34,674 nt of DNA from Candidatus Ratteibacteria bacterium. GTDB lineage: Bacteria; Ratteibacteria; UBA8468; B48-G9; JAFGKM01. The translations under genes and the position numbers were made by a program. Under the pieces are notes generated by a model. That model ran no database searches, was not told where the DNA came from, and saw nothing but the letters and a program-made list of their open reading frames with translations. Positions 26,647 through 34,674 of this stretch are shown piece after piece; positions within the stretch are counted from its first letter, which is position 1, and every line of letters starts with the position of its first letter. The stretch spans positions 1 to 34,674 of the forward strand of contig JBKBIN010000013.1 of NCBI GenBank assembly GCA_046296715.1, read 5' to 3'.

Positions 26647-28662
26647 TTAAGACTCGCCCCCTTTTTCTTTTTTCCTTTGCTCAATTATTTTTGATGCTAT
26701 GTGAGATGGAACTTCTTCATAATGAGAAAATTCCATTGAATAAGTCCCCTTTCCACTTGTAAGAGATCTCAATTCATTTGTGTAGTTAGACATTTCAGCA
26801 AGAGGAACTTGAGCTTTTACTATCTGAAAATTACCACTTGCTATCATATCCAAAACTTTCCCTCTTTTAGAATTTATAGTTCCTATAACATCTCCAACAT
26901 TTTCAGATGGCACTCTTATTTCAACATTAACAATTGGTTCAAGTAAGATAGGTTTTGCATTACTAACAGCTTTCTGTAAAGCCATTGAACCTGCGATCTG
27001 AAAAGCAATATCAGAAGAATCAACTACATGATAACTTCCATCGTAAAGGATAACTCTTATATCAACTATTGGATAATTCGCTAAAACTCCCTTTTTCATT
27101 GCTTCTCTTACACCTTTCTCAACCGATGGAATAAAGTTTCTTGGGATTGCTCCTCCAACTATTTTATCCACAAATTCAAAACCACCACCTCTTGGCAATG
27201 GTTCCACCCTGATAAAACAATGCCCATACTGTCCTCTTCCACCTGTCTGCCTTTTGTATTTACCTTCTGCCTCAGTAGGAACTGTTATTGTCTCTTTGTA
27301 AGCAATTTTTGGAATTCCTTTTTCTACCTCAACTCCAAATTTATTTTTAAATTTATTTACTGTAATATCAATGTGTAAATCGCCCATACCAGAAATTATT
27401 GTTTCTCCAGTTTCTTCATCTCTGAAAATTCTAATAGTTAAATCTTCTTCTGCTATTCTTCCTATTGCATTACCAAGTTTATCTTCTGTTCCTTTAATTT
27501 TTGGTGCTATTGAATATGAAACTGCTCCTTCTGGAATATGAGGTTTTTCAAAAATAATATTTGAATTTAAATCACAAATTGTATCAAATGTCTGGGAATT
27601 TAGTTTTGCTGCCGTAACTATTTCTCCTGGGTATGCTACTTCAACAGGTTCCTGTTTTCTACCTTGCATTCTATATAATTGCCCCACCCTTTCTTTAATA
27701 CCTTTTGTAGAATTTAAAAATTGAGAATTTGAAAGCATTTTACCACTTAAAACTTTGATGTAAGAAAGCCGTCCTATAAATGGGTCAAAAATTGTCTTAA
27801 ATATTATACCTGTAAAGGATTGTGTATCTTTTCTTTCAATTAAAACTTCCTGGCCTTCCTGATTTTTGGCTTTAAAAGGAGGCATTTCATCGGTGGAGGG
27901 GACAAAAGTTAATATAAAGTCAATCAATTCTTCTATCCCTATCTGATTTAAAGCAGAACCAAATAAAACAGGAAAAATCTGTCTTTCAATAACACCTTTT
28001 TTCAATGAAACTTTTATCTCTTCTTTTGTTAGTTGTTCACCTTCAAGATATTTTTCCATTATAGTATCATCTAACTCTGCAAGTGTATCCATTGATTTTT
28101 GAGAAAAATCATTAAATTCACCATCAGATGGATTATGTTGGTCAAAAATGCTTTTAACTCCTTTAAATTGTCCCTTTTCAAAAACAGGATAATTAATTAA
28201 AACTGCTTTATTTTTAAAAAAAGAAAAAATTTCATCAATTACTTTCTTACAATTTAATTCAGGAGTGTCAAGTTTATTAACGAAAATAATTGTAGGAAGA
28301 TTTTTTTTGCTTATCATTTCCCAAATTTTTTCTGTTCCGACTTCAATCCCTTCAACTGATGAAATATTTAAAATTGCTACATCAGACGCCTCAATCCCTG
28401 AAATCTGTTCTCCAACAAAATCAATATATCCCGGAACATCAAGAAGATATATAATATTATCGCCTTTCTTTATATATCCGGAAGAAAGATTTATACTTAT
28501 CAATCTTGTCTTTTCTTCATCGTCAAAATCAAAAGTTGTATTACCTTGATTTATATCTCCCATTCTTGTTATCATACCAGTTTTATAGAGCATAGATTCT
28601 CCAAGTATAGTTTTCCCTGATTTTGTACTTCCAAATAATCCTATATTCCAAACTTTTCCCAT
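26647..28662 (-). CDS. fusA2: Elongation factor G-like protein (EF-G2 paralog)
   Basis: Full EF-G domain layout with divergent G motifs (GSTKSGKT, RLISI, DVPGY, NKLD). Also GMGDLH, KRQTGGRGQYGH, DGSYH.VDSS and LLEPI. Not in the str operon. Confidence 0.88.
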   Translation of the reverse strand: MGKVWNIGLFGSTKSGKTILGESMLYKTGMITRMGDINQGNTTFDFDDEEKTRLISINLSSGYIKKGDNIIYLLDVPGYIDFVGEQISGIEASDVAILNISSVEGIEVGTEKIWEMISKKNLPTIIFVNKLDTPELNCKKVIDEIFSFFKNKAVLINYPVFEKGQFKGVKSIFDQHNPSDGEFNDFSQKSMDTLAELDDTIMEKYLEGEQLTKEEIKVSLKKGVIERQIFPVLFGSALNQIGIEELIDFILTFVPSTDEMPPFKAKNQEGQEVLIERKDTQSFTGIIFKTIFDPFIGRLSYIKVLSGKMLSNSQFLNSTKGIKERVGQLYRMQGRKQEPVEVAYPGEIVTAAKLNSQTFDTICDLNSNIIFEKPHIPEGAVSYSIAPKIKGTEDKLGNAIGRIAEEDLTIRIFRDEETGETIISGMGDLHIDITVNKFKNKFGVEVEKGIPKIAYKETITVPTEAEGKYKRQTGGRGQYGHCFIRVEPLPRGGGFEFVDKIVGGAIPRNFIPSVEKGVREAMKKGVLANYPIVDIRVILYDGSYHVVDSSDIAFQIAGSMALQKAVSNAKPILLEPIVNVEIRVPSENVGDVIGTINSKRGKVLDMIASGNFQIVKAQVPLAEMSNYTNELRSLTSGKGTYSMEFSHYEEVPSHIASKIIEQRKKEKGGES

Positions 28663-28711
28663 TTTTCTTTCTCCTTTCTTATTATGCGGAAATTTTAGCT
28701 TCTATTGAATT

Positions 28712-28740
28712 ATTATACTACATTTGTAAAAATCTGCCAA
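28712..28740 (-). promoter_or_regulatory. Sigma70 promoter for the fusA2...ispG operon
   Basis: Minus strand reads TTGGCA (28740-28735), 17-nt spacer, TATAAT (28717-28712). AAAGGAG SD precedes fusA2. Confidence 0.7.
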
Positions 28741-28803
28741 TCCATCTTTCACCTTGTAAGGAACAATAGAAATGATTGCCTTTCTTTTATTTCATTTGAA
28801 TAA

Positions 28804-29499
28804 TTATTGTTTTCCAATTAAATCAAAAAAATTAGAAATTTCAAAATATGATGGTTGTCCCGGTGCTATATTTTTATTTAAATGAACATAAGTGAAAAAG
28901 GAATCAAAAACAAGAGGCATTAAACGTTCATAAATATTACCACCCATAGGAATAACAGCTAAATTTACTTTTTTTGAGTATCTATAAGTTAGTTCAATAA
29001 GAGTAAAGAGATGTTTTTTAGTTGTTATTTTTGTTGCAATTTTTACAATATCTGCTTGATATTTTTTACATCTTTTAACAATTTTTTTTAATAAATTGAT
29101 ATCAGGCGTTTTTTTGAAATTGTGATAAGATAGAATAATTTTTTTGTTTTTACTTCTACAAATTTCACAAACCTTATCACAGATTTTACTTCTAATTTCA
29201 ACATCAATTATATCAACAAAATCACTTATTTCTCTATAAATTTCAAGTCGTTTTTTATCTGGCAAATAAAACAAATTTTCACCTGCTTCTTTATACCATC
29301 TTAAAGTACCTATGAGTGTATTGTCTCCAATTCTTCTAATTTTTTTTATCCATTCAAACAACTCATTTTCAGCATGATTTTTCAAAAACTGATCAATTCT
29401 TAATTCTAAATATTTAACCTCCTTTAAAATATCATATAAAACTTTCTCATCTTCTTGCCCTGTAAGAACAATTACAACTTTTTCTTTTAAATTTTCCAT
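28804..29499 (-). CDS. aroD: Type I 3-dehydroquinate dehydratase
   Basis: LELRID, TLR, DIIDVE, ILSYHNFKKTP, DIVKIA (Schiff-base Lys), MG..ERL and APGQ. Confidence 0.85.
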   Translation of the reverse strand: MENLKEKVVIVLTGQEDEKVLYDILKEVKYLELRIDQFLKNHAENELFEWIKKIRRIGDNTLIGTLRWYKEAGENLFYLPDKKRLEIYREISDFVDIIDVEIRSKICDKVCEICRSKNKKIILSYHNFKKTPDINLLKKIVKRCKKYQADIVKIATKITTKKHLFTLIELTYRYSKKVNLAVIPMGGNIYERLMPLVFDSFFTYVHLNKNIAPGQPSYFEISNFFDLIGKQ

Positions 29500-29505
29500 T
29501 TTTAA

Positions 29506-30171
29506 TTATATTTCAAATCCTATATCAAGTTTTGATTTAGCAAGGATATAACTATTGTGAATCACTTTATTCACATCCTCAACCTTAACTCCTGCTGAAA
29601 TAATAATTTTTTTGGCAATCTCGTCTATTATTAAATCATCTGGAGAATGAGTATCCGTATTTAAAATCAATGGGAAACCATATTCATACCATAGACGAAC
29701 TATATGACCATTAGATAAAGAATGCCCTTTTCTTGCTGATATCTCAATATTTATTTTCCTTTCAAAAGCAAGTTTTGCCTCATCTTCACTTAATATACCT
29801 GGGTGAGCAAGAATATCAATATCACTTTCAAGCGCCTTTCTATTAGTTCCTTTTGCAACAGGTTCAACTATTGTTTCTCCATGAACAACAATAATTTTTG
29901 CACCAAGATTTCTTGATATTTTTACAATATTTGGAATATCAATTGGATTTACATGTGTTATTTCAACTCCTGGAATTGCTTTTATTCTAAAATTTAAATT
30001 TATTTTTTCGCAAACTCTTATTAATGCAGGAATAACAAAATCAACATTTGAAAAATCAACATGATCTGTAAAAGCAATAACTTTATATCCTTTTTCATCT
30101 GCTCTTCTTGCAAGTTCACTCGGAAGTAATTCCCCATCACTTAAAATTGTATGTGTATGGAGATCAATCAT
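29506..30171 (-). CDS. PHP-domain protein (histidinol-phosphate phosphatase-like family)
   Basis: DLHTHTILSDGEL, FTDH, GVEITHV, VVHGETIVEPV, ILAHPG, RKGHSLSNGH and NTDTH. Confidence 0.85.
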   Translation of the reverse strand: MIDLHTHTILSDGELLPSELARRADEKGYKVIAFTDHVDFSNVDFVIPALIRVCEKINLNFRIKAIPGVEITHVNPIDIPNIVKISRNLGAKIIVVHGETIVEPVAKGTNRKALESDIDILAHPGILSEDEAKLAFERKINIEISARKGHSLSNGHIVRLWYEYGFPLILNTDTHSPDDLIIDEIAKKIIISAGVKVEDVNKVIHNSYILAKSKLDIGFEI

Positions 30172-30527
30172 TTTATTTCTCTTTTTGGAGGTTTTATTTC
30201 TTTTACTAACACATCAACATTTAAAACTTTCAATCCACTAATTCTTTCAACTTCTTCTTTAATTTTTTTCTGTACCTCGTATGTTATTTCAGGGATATTT
30301 GTTTCATAATCTACTGCAATACTAAGTTCAAAACTAACCTCACCTTCCCCAAGTATTACTTTTATACCTGATTCGTGTTTTTTACCAAGTATTTTTTTAA
30401 TTCCACCCACAAAACCTGTTATAACTTTATTAACACCTGGGACACTTGTAGCAGCAACACGAGCGATTGAAGCAAGAACATCATTATCTATTTTTACTTT
30501 CCCTAATTCCTTTTTTTCTTCTATCAT
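30168..30527 (-). CDS. Asp23/Gls24 family protein (YqhY-like)
   Basis: LGKVKIDNDVLASIA...VPGV, GIKV and VQ..IKEEVERISGL.V..VDV. Follows accBC, as yqhY does in Firmicutes. Confidence 0.88.
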   Translation of the reverse strand: MIEEKKELGKVKIDNDVLASIARVAATSVPGVNKVITGFVGGIKKILGKKHESGIKVILGEGEVSFELSIAVDYETNIPEITYEVQKKIKEEVERISGLKVLNVDVLVKEIKPPKREIK

Positions 30528-31885
30528 TTAACCCTCTCTGTTTGTTCTCTTTCAGAAACAATTTTATCAACAAAACCAACATAATATCTTCCAGAAAGAA
30601 ATAAAGGATGTGAAATTATTTTTTTATATAATGGGACTGTAGTTTTTATTCCATCTATAATTATTTCTTCAAGTGCTCTTTTCATCCTCTCAATCGCTTC
30701 CTGTCTTGTTTTACCATAAGATATAATTTTTGCAATTAGACTGTCATAATAAGGAGGGACATAATAACCTTCATAAATGTGAGTATCAACTCTTATCCCA
30801 GGACCTAATGGTAAAATTAGTTTTTTTATCTTTCCAGGTGAAGGCATAAAATTATTTTCAGGGTCTTCTGCATTAATTCTGCATTCAATTGAATGATAAT
30901 TTATTTTTATATCTTTTTGCTTAAAATCAAGTTTTGAATTATCAGCAATTTTTATTTGACTTTTAACAAGATCTATTCCTGTAACACATTCAGTAACAGG
31001 ATGTTCAACTTGAATTCTTGTATTCATTTCTATAAAGTAAACTTTTTTATTCTGGTCAACAAGAAACTCTATAGTTCCTGCATTTCTGTATTTTATATAT
31101 TTTACTATTCTTTTAGCATATTTCTGTAATTTTTTTCTTAAGCAATTATCAACAAACGGTGATGGACTTTCTTCAATTAATTTTTGGTGTCTTCTCTGAA
31201 TTGAGCAGTCTCTTTCAGGAAAAACATAAATATTTCCTTTATTATCACATAAAACCTGAACTTCAATATGCCTTGGCCTTTCAATAAATTTTTCTATATA
31301 TAATGATTCCTCTCCAAAAGAAATTTTTGCCTCTTCCTGACATGTATACCACATTTTTTCAAATTCTTCAATTGTATAAACCTTCCTCATTCCTCTCCCA
31401 CCTCCACCTGCAGAGGCCTTAATCATAATAGGAAAACCAATTTTTTGGGCATGATGTAATGCATTTTTTAAATTATTTTCTTCATAACCTGGAATAACAG
31501 GAACTTTTGCTTTTTGCGCTATTTTTTTTGCAAGTGACTTATCTCCCATCAATCTTAAGTTTTCAGCAGTTGGACCAACAAAAATAACTTTTATTGCATC
31601 ACATATCTCAACAAACTGTATATTTTCAGACAAAAAACCATAACCCGGATGAACTGCATCTGCTCGAACTATTTCTATTGAACTTATAATTGAAGGTATA
31701 TTTAAATAACTTTCCTTTGGATGTGAAGGCCCTATACATATTCTCTCATCTGCAAGTAAAACAGGTAAAGAATATCTATCAGCTTCAGAATAACCTATAA
31801 CAACTGGAATTCCTAACTCTTTACATGCTCTTATAATCCTTAAAGCTATTTCTCCTCTATTTGCAACAAAAAGTTTTCTTATCAT
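30524..31885 (-). CDS. accC: Acetyl-CoA carboxylase biotin carboxylase subunit
   Basis: [64 protein letters not shown] and [10 protein letters not shown]. Confidence 0.96.
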   Translation of the reverse strand: MIRKLFVANRGEIALRIIRACKELGIPVVIGYSEADRYSLPVLLADERICIGPSHPKESYLNIPSIISSIEIVRADAVHPGYGFLSENIQFVEICDAIKVIFVGPTAENLRLMGDKSLAKKIAQKAKVPVIPGYEENNLKNALHHAQKIGFPIMIKASAGGGGRGMRKVYTIEEFEKMWYTCQEEAKISFGEESLYIEKFIERPRHIEVQVLCDNKGNIYVFPERDCSIQRRHQKLIEESPSPFVDNCLRKKLQKYAKRIVKYIKYRNAGTIEFLVDQNKKVYFIEMNTRIQVEHPVTECVTGIDLVKSQIKIADNSKLDFKQKDIKINYHSIECRINAEDPENNFMPSPGKIKKLILPLGPGIRVDTHIYEGYYVPPYYDSLIAKIISYGKTRQEAIERMKRALEEIIIDGIKTTVPLYKKIISHPLFLSGRYYVGFVDKIVSEREQTERVK

Positions 31886-32334
31886 TTATTTCCAACTTTA
31901 AGAATAAAGAGAACTTGTCCATACTCAACAGGTTTACCATTTTCAACAAGAATATCTTTAATTATACCGTCATAATCAGATTTTATCTCATTCATAACTT
32001 TCATTGCCTCAACTATACATAGAACATCACCTTTTTTAACAACTTGTCCTTGCTCTACAAAAGGAGGACTGGTTGGAGAAGGTGCTCTATAAAATGTTCC
32101 AACAAGAGGAGATTTAATATAAACAATATTTTCAATTTCTTGGGCAGTTTTTTTGGACTCTTCAACAATTTTATCTATATCTACTTTAGGACTTTCTTCA
32201 ATAAACTTTTTTTCATCTATTATAAAACCCTTTTTGCCTAAAATTAAATGAAAATCACCTTTTTTTACTTCCAAATATTCAAGATCATATTCTTTCATAA
32301 AATCAGCGAAAATTTTTATTTCTTCTGGTTTCAT
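31882..32334 (-). CDS. accB: Acetyl-CoA carboxylase biotin carboxyl carrier protein
   Basis: [13 protein letters not shown], biotinylation motif EAMKVMNEI, and VEYGQ. Confidence 0.95.
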   Translation of the reverse strand: MKPEEIKIFADFMKEYDLEYLEVKKGDFHLILGKKGFIIDEKKFIEESPKVDIDKIVEESKKTAQEIENIVYIKSPLVGTFYRAPSPTSPPFVEQGQVVKKGDVLCIVEAMKVMNEIKSDYDGIIKDILVENGKPVEYGQVLFILKVGNK

Positions 32335-32341
32335 TTGTTGA

Positions 32342-32896
32342 TTAAATCCTTGTTATATATTCTCCTGTTCTTGTATCTATCTTTATAATGTCTCCAACTT
32401 CAATAAATAAAGGCGTCTGAACAATTAGTCCTGTTTCAACTTTAACTTTTTTTCTACCACCTTGAACTGTATCTCCTTTATAGCCAGGTTCTGCTTCAAT
32501 AACTTTTAAATCAATCGTTAAGGGAAGTTTGATATCTATTATTTTGCCTTGATAGAAGAGACCAGTTACTTCCAAGTTTTCTTTAAGATAGTATCTTTTT
32601 TCTCCAATTACCTCCAAGGAAAGATGAAACTGCTCATAATTAGAATTATCCATAAAGTAAAACAATTTATCATCAGAATAAAGATATGTAAGTGGAATTT
32701 CTTCTAATATAACAAGATTTACATCAACATCACTTCTCAAACTAAACTCAACACTTTTTCCTGTCTCTATTTCAATTGCTTTAATTTTTACAATGCCTCT
32801 TCTTTGTTGTTGTACTATATGAGTTGAACTTTTTACAATATATAATCTCCCTTCATATTCAAAAACATTTCCTTCTTTTAAGTCAAGTGCATTCAT
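32342..32896 (-). CDS. efp: Elongation factor P with a non-canonical tip loop
   Basis: DLKEG.., [46 protein letters not shown]. efp-accB-accC synteny. Confidence 0.92.
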   Translation of the reverse strand: MNALDLKEGNVFEYEGRLYIVKSSTHIVQQQRRGIVKIKAIEIETGKSVEFSLRSDVDVNLVILEEIPLTYLYSDDKLFYFMDNSNYEQFHLSLEVIGEKRYYLKENLEVTGLFYQGKIIDIKLPLTIDLKVIEAEPGYKGDTVQGGRKKVKVETGLIVQTPLFIEVGDIIKIDTRTGEYITRI

Positions 32897-32903
32897 AAAA
32901 TAA

Positions 32904-32933
32904 ATTATAACACATAAAATATAAACCTGTAAA
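32904..32933 (-). promoter_or_regulatory. Sigma70 promoter for the efp-accBC operon (apparently leaderless)
   Basis: Minus strand reads TTTACA (32933-32928), 18-nt spacer, then TATAAT (32909-32904) with a TGTGn extension, 7 nt before the efp ATG. Confidence 0.72.
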
Positions 32934-32934
32934 A

Positions 32935-32970
32935 TAACACCTACGAGGTGAAAGGTGTAGATGTAGGTAA
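32935..32970. repeat. REP-like palindromic repeat, copy 2 (TAACACCTACGAGGTG-AAAGGTGTAGATGTAGGTAA)
   Basis: 16-nt exact match to 18613-18628 plus degenerate AGGTGTAG/TGTAGG units. Lies directly after the clostripain stop. Confidence 0.6.
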
Positions 32971-32971
32971 A

Positions 32972-34672
32972 TCAAGCAAGTCCAACTACTATTCTTAATA
33001 TTAAAATTACATCAGTTATATCCACCAGCCCATCATTATTCATATCAGCAATTTCTAAATTTACTGGAGCAAGCCCTATCGCCATCCTTAAACATAAAAT
33101 TACATCTGAAATATCTATATGTCCATCTAAGTTTATATCTCCTTTTTCTACTTTTATTAGTATTTCAACATTATCTATAGCCCAGTAATAGTCATCGTTC
33201 GCATTATAATAGTGCCATCTGAATTTTACATCATTTTTTCCTTTTACTATATTTGTAATATCAATAATAACAATTCCTTCATCATCTATTCTTTGCCATC
33301 TTTTTAAATTAATCCAGTCATTCTGTCCAATTTTTATATCTAAATCTGCAATTTCATTTGACCAGTAAAAAAACTTATGAGAAAATTTTAACAAAATTTT
33401 ATTATAATATGGAAAATCAAAAGAACATGAGATAAGTTGTTCATCCATTTTTACATACTCTGCCCAATCACTATCAACAATCATAAATGGTTCCTGTAGA
33501 TATTGGCTTGTTCTATTTTTCGGATTTTCACTCATCCATGTATAACCATCATTAAATCCATCAATAATTGTCCAGTTTAAAGGCAATCCATTTGAAAAGT
33601 TCTCAGAAAAAATTTTTACATATCCTTCAAACAGATTAACATTAAAAAAAATATTTAAAAATTCATCCCAATTTGTTTGAGAACAAAAAATTAAAGTATT
33701 TTCATTATATAATGGGTCTATAGATGAACCATAAGGAGGAAAATAAATAGTGAGTCCATATGCTTTATCATTTAAATTATTATCTGCTATTATTGTTTGA
33801 TTGAACATATTCTGGAATTGAACAATAAAACCTTTAATCTGACTGTTTTCTGTATAAGAATAATAATTTTCAAAGAAGTTATATAGGTCAGCAAATTTTC
33901 CATCAAATACAAGTGTTCCTGTTCTTGCAAGAAAAACATTTAAATATTCATTTTCTTCTATTATTTTTTCAATTATTTGAGTAAGATTTTGATTTAATTC
34001 TTCAACTTTGTTTAACCTTATAGATGAAAGCGCTTCCTGAAAAGATGAATTAACTATAAAAATAGAAAGTTGTTCTGGAGAAGATTTTGGATTATCTTTT
34101 AAATTTGATAGAAAACTTTGATAATTCCATCCAAATATTGTTTCAGTTGATTCAGAAGAAACAAAAACATTTCCTAAATCATTTATTTCAGTAGCAACTT
34201 CAATCATTCCCATAAGACAGGCATCAAAACCTATCAAATCAAAATAATTATTTAAAAGTGCTTGCCTAACTTCTTTGATAGAAAGGAAGTCATAATTTGT
34301 CTGGTCATAGCAAATTTCTTTATATGACCTTTTCTTATAACTTTCTAAAAAATTTAATGATTTCCAGCCATTTCCATGGTTCCATAAAATTAAAGCATAT
34401 TTTTCTGCAGGATAATTTTTTTTTGCCCAGTCAATAAAATCAATAAGTGTTTGGGACTCTCCCATATTTACTTCCCTTCCTCCAAATCCATCTCCCCAGT
34501 TTTTTATTGAATTTTCTCTTGTGGGTAACATCCCACTTTTTATATAAAATCTATTGCATTCAGTCCAGTCACCATATCTTCTATCATATCCTCTTATTCT
34601 ATCAAATTGAACAACTAAATTTATATTCTGGTCTGAACCAACAGATGATATCTCAAGAAAATCATTGATTGC
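32972..34672 (-). CDS. Partial (5'-truncated) clostripain (peptidase C11) family protein with a beta-sandwich adhesin-like domain and a C-terminal type I dockerin
   Basis: The frame is open to the window edge (AINDFLEISSVGSDQNINLVVQFDRIRGYD...). Motifs: EVNMG, catalytic His (LWNHGNGW), catalytic Cys (GFDACLMG), FSENFSNGLPLNWTIID...WAIDNV, and duplicated EF-hand-like repeats GDINLDGHIDISDVIL and ADMNNDGLVDITDVIL. Confidence 0.87.
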   Translation of the reverse strand, partial: AINDFLEISSVGSDQNINLVVQFDRIRGYDRRYGDWTECNRFYIKSGMLPTRENSIKNWGDGFGGREVNMGESQTLIDFIDWAKKNYPAEKYALILWNHGNGWKSLNFLESYKKRSYKEICYDQTNYDFLSIKEVRQALLNNYFDLIGFDACLMGMIEVATEINDLGNVFVSSESTETIFGWNYQSFLSNLKDNPKSSPEQLSIFIVNSSFQEALSSIRLNKVEELNQNLTQIIEKIIEENEYLNVFLARTGTLVFDGKFADLYNFFENYYSYTENSQIKGFIVQFQNMFNQTIIADNNLNDKAYGLTIYFPPYGSSIDPLYNENTLIFCSQTNWDEFLNIFFNVNLFEGYVKIFSENFSNGLPLNWTIIDGFNDGYTWMSENPKNRTSQYLQEPFMIVDSDWAEYVKMDEQLISCSFDFPYYNKILLKFSHKFFYWSNEIADLDIKIGQNDWINLKRWQRIDDEGIVIIDITNIVKGKNDVKFRWHYYNANDDYYWAIDNVEILIKVEKGDINLDGHIDISDVILCLRMAIGLAPVNLEIADMNNDGLVDITDVILILRIVVGLA

Positions 34673-34674
34673 AT

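Noticed and set aside
16974..32241. Plus-strand ORFs opposite the long minus-strand operons (e.g. 16974..17252, 18986..19276, 25503..25859, 28265..28549, 32044..32241)
   Set aside because: Antisense shadows of conserved genes.
18613..32970. CRISPR repeat or IS terminal repeats
   Set aside because: Only two 16-nt copies, 14 kb apart in direct orientation, enclosing core housekeeping genes; no spacers, cas genes or transposase.
34447..34668. ORF 34447..34668 (+)
   Set aside because: Antisense to the open clostripain frame that runs off the window edge.

Overview
Very AT-rich, densely coding bacterial chromosome segment from a diderm organism (lptB and two outer-membrane beta-barrels are present); by eye GC is well under 35%. 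Most of it is housekeeping. On the + strand: pyrE-nadC-tatD-oxidoreductase-rmlC/A/B, then gdh, tRNA-Glu(UUC) and a TIGR00725 gene. On the - strand: a long run from a clostripain-dockerin protein through efp-accB-accC-asp23-PHP-aroD and fusA2-bfn-yebC-ruvCAB-lptB-uppS-dxr-rseP-ispG, then an MrfA/YprA-type DUF1998 helicase and a serine hydrolase. The best candidate for an undescribed system is a 7-gene minus-strand operon (12410->6048): paaK-like ligase, ACT protein, an unannotated 32-aa Phe-rich peptide, a Na+:solute symporter with a 1-nt frameshift, a second ligase, a second ACT protein and an AlgE-like outer-membrane barrel. It looks like a complete aryl-acid import and CoA-activation module. 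Other notable signals are an EF-P whose PGKG tip is replaced by QQQR, several operon-leading genes with apparently leaderless promoters, a GC-rich REP-like palindrome present twice (once supplying the last codons of ispG), and missing usual partners (cdsA, rmlD, lptAC, mrfB). I saw no CRISPR array, integrase, transposase or prophage. All calls come from motif recognition; no database search was run.
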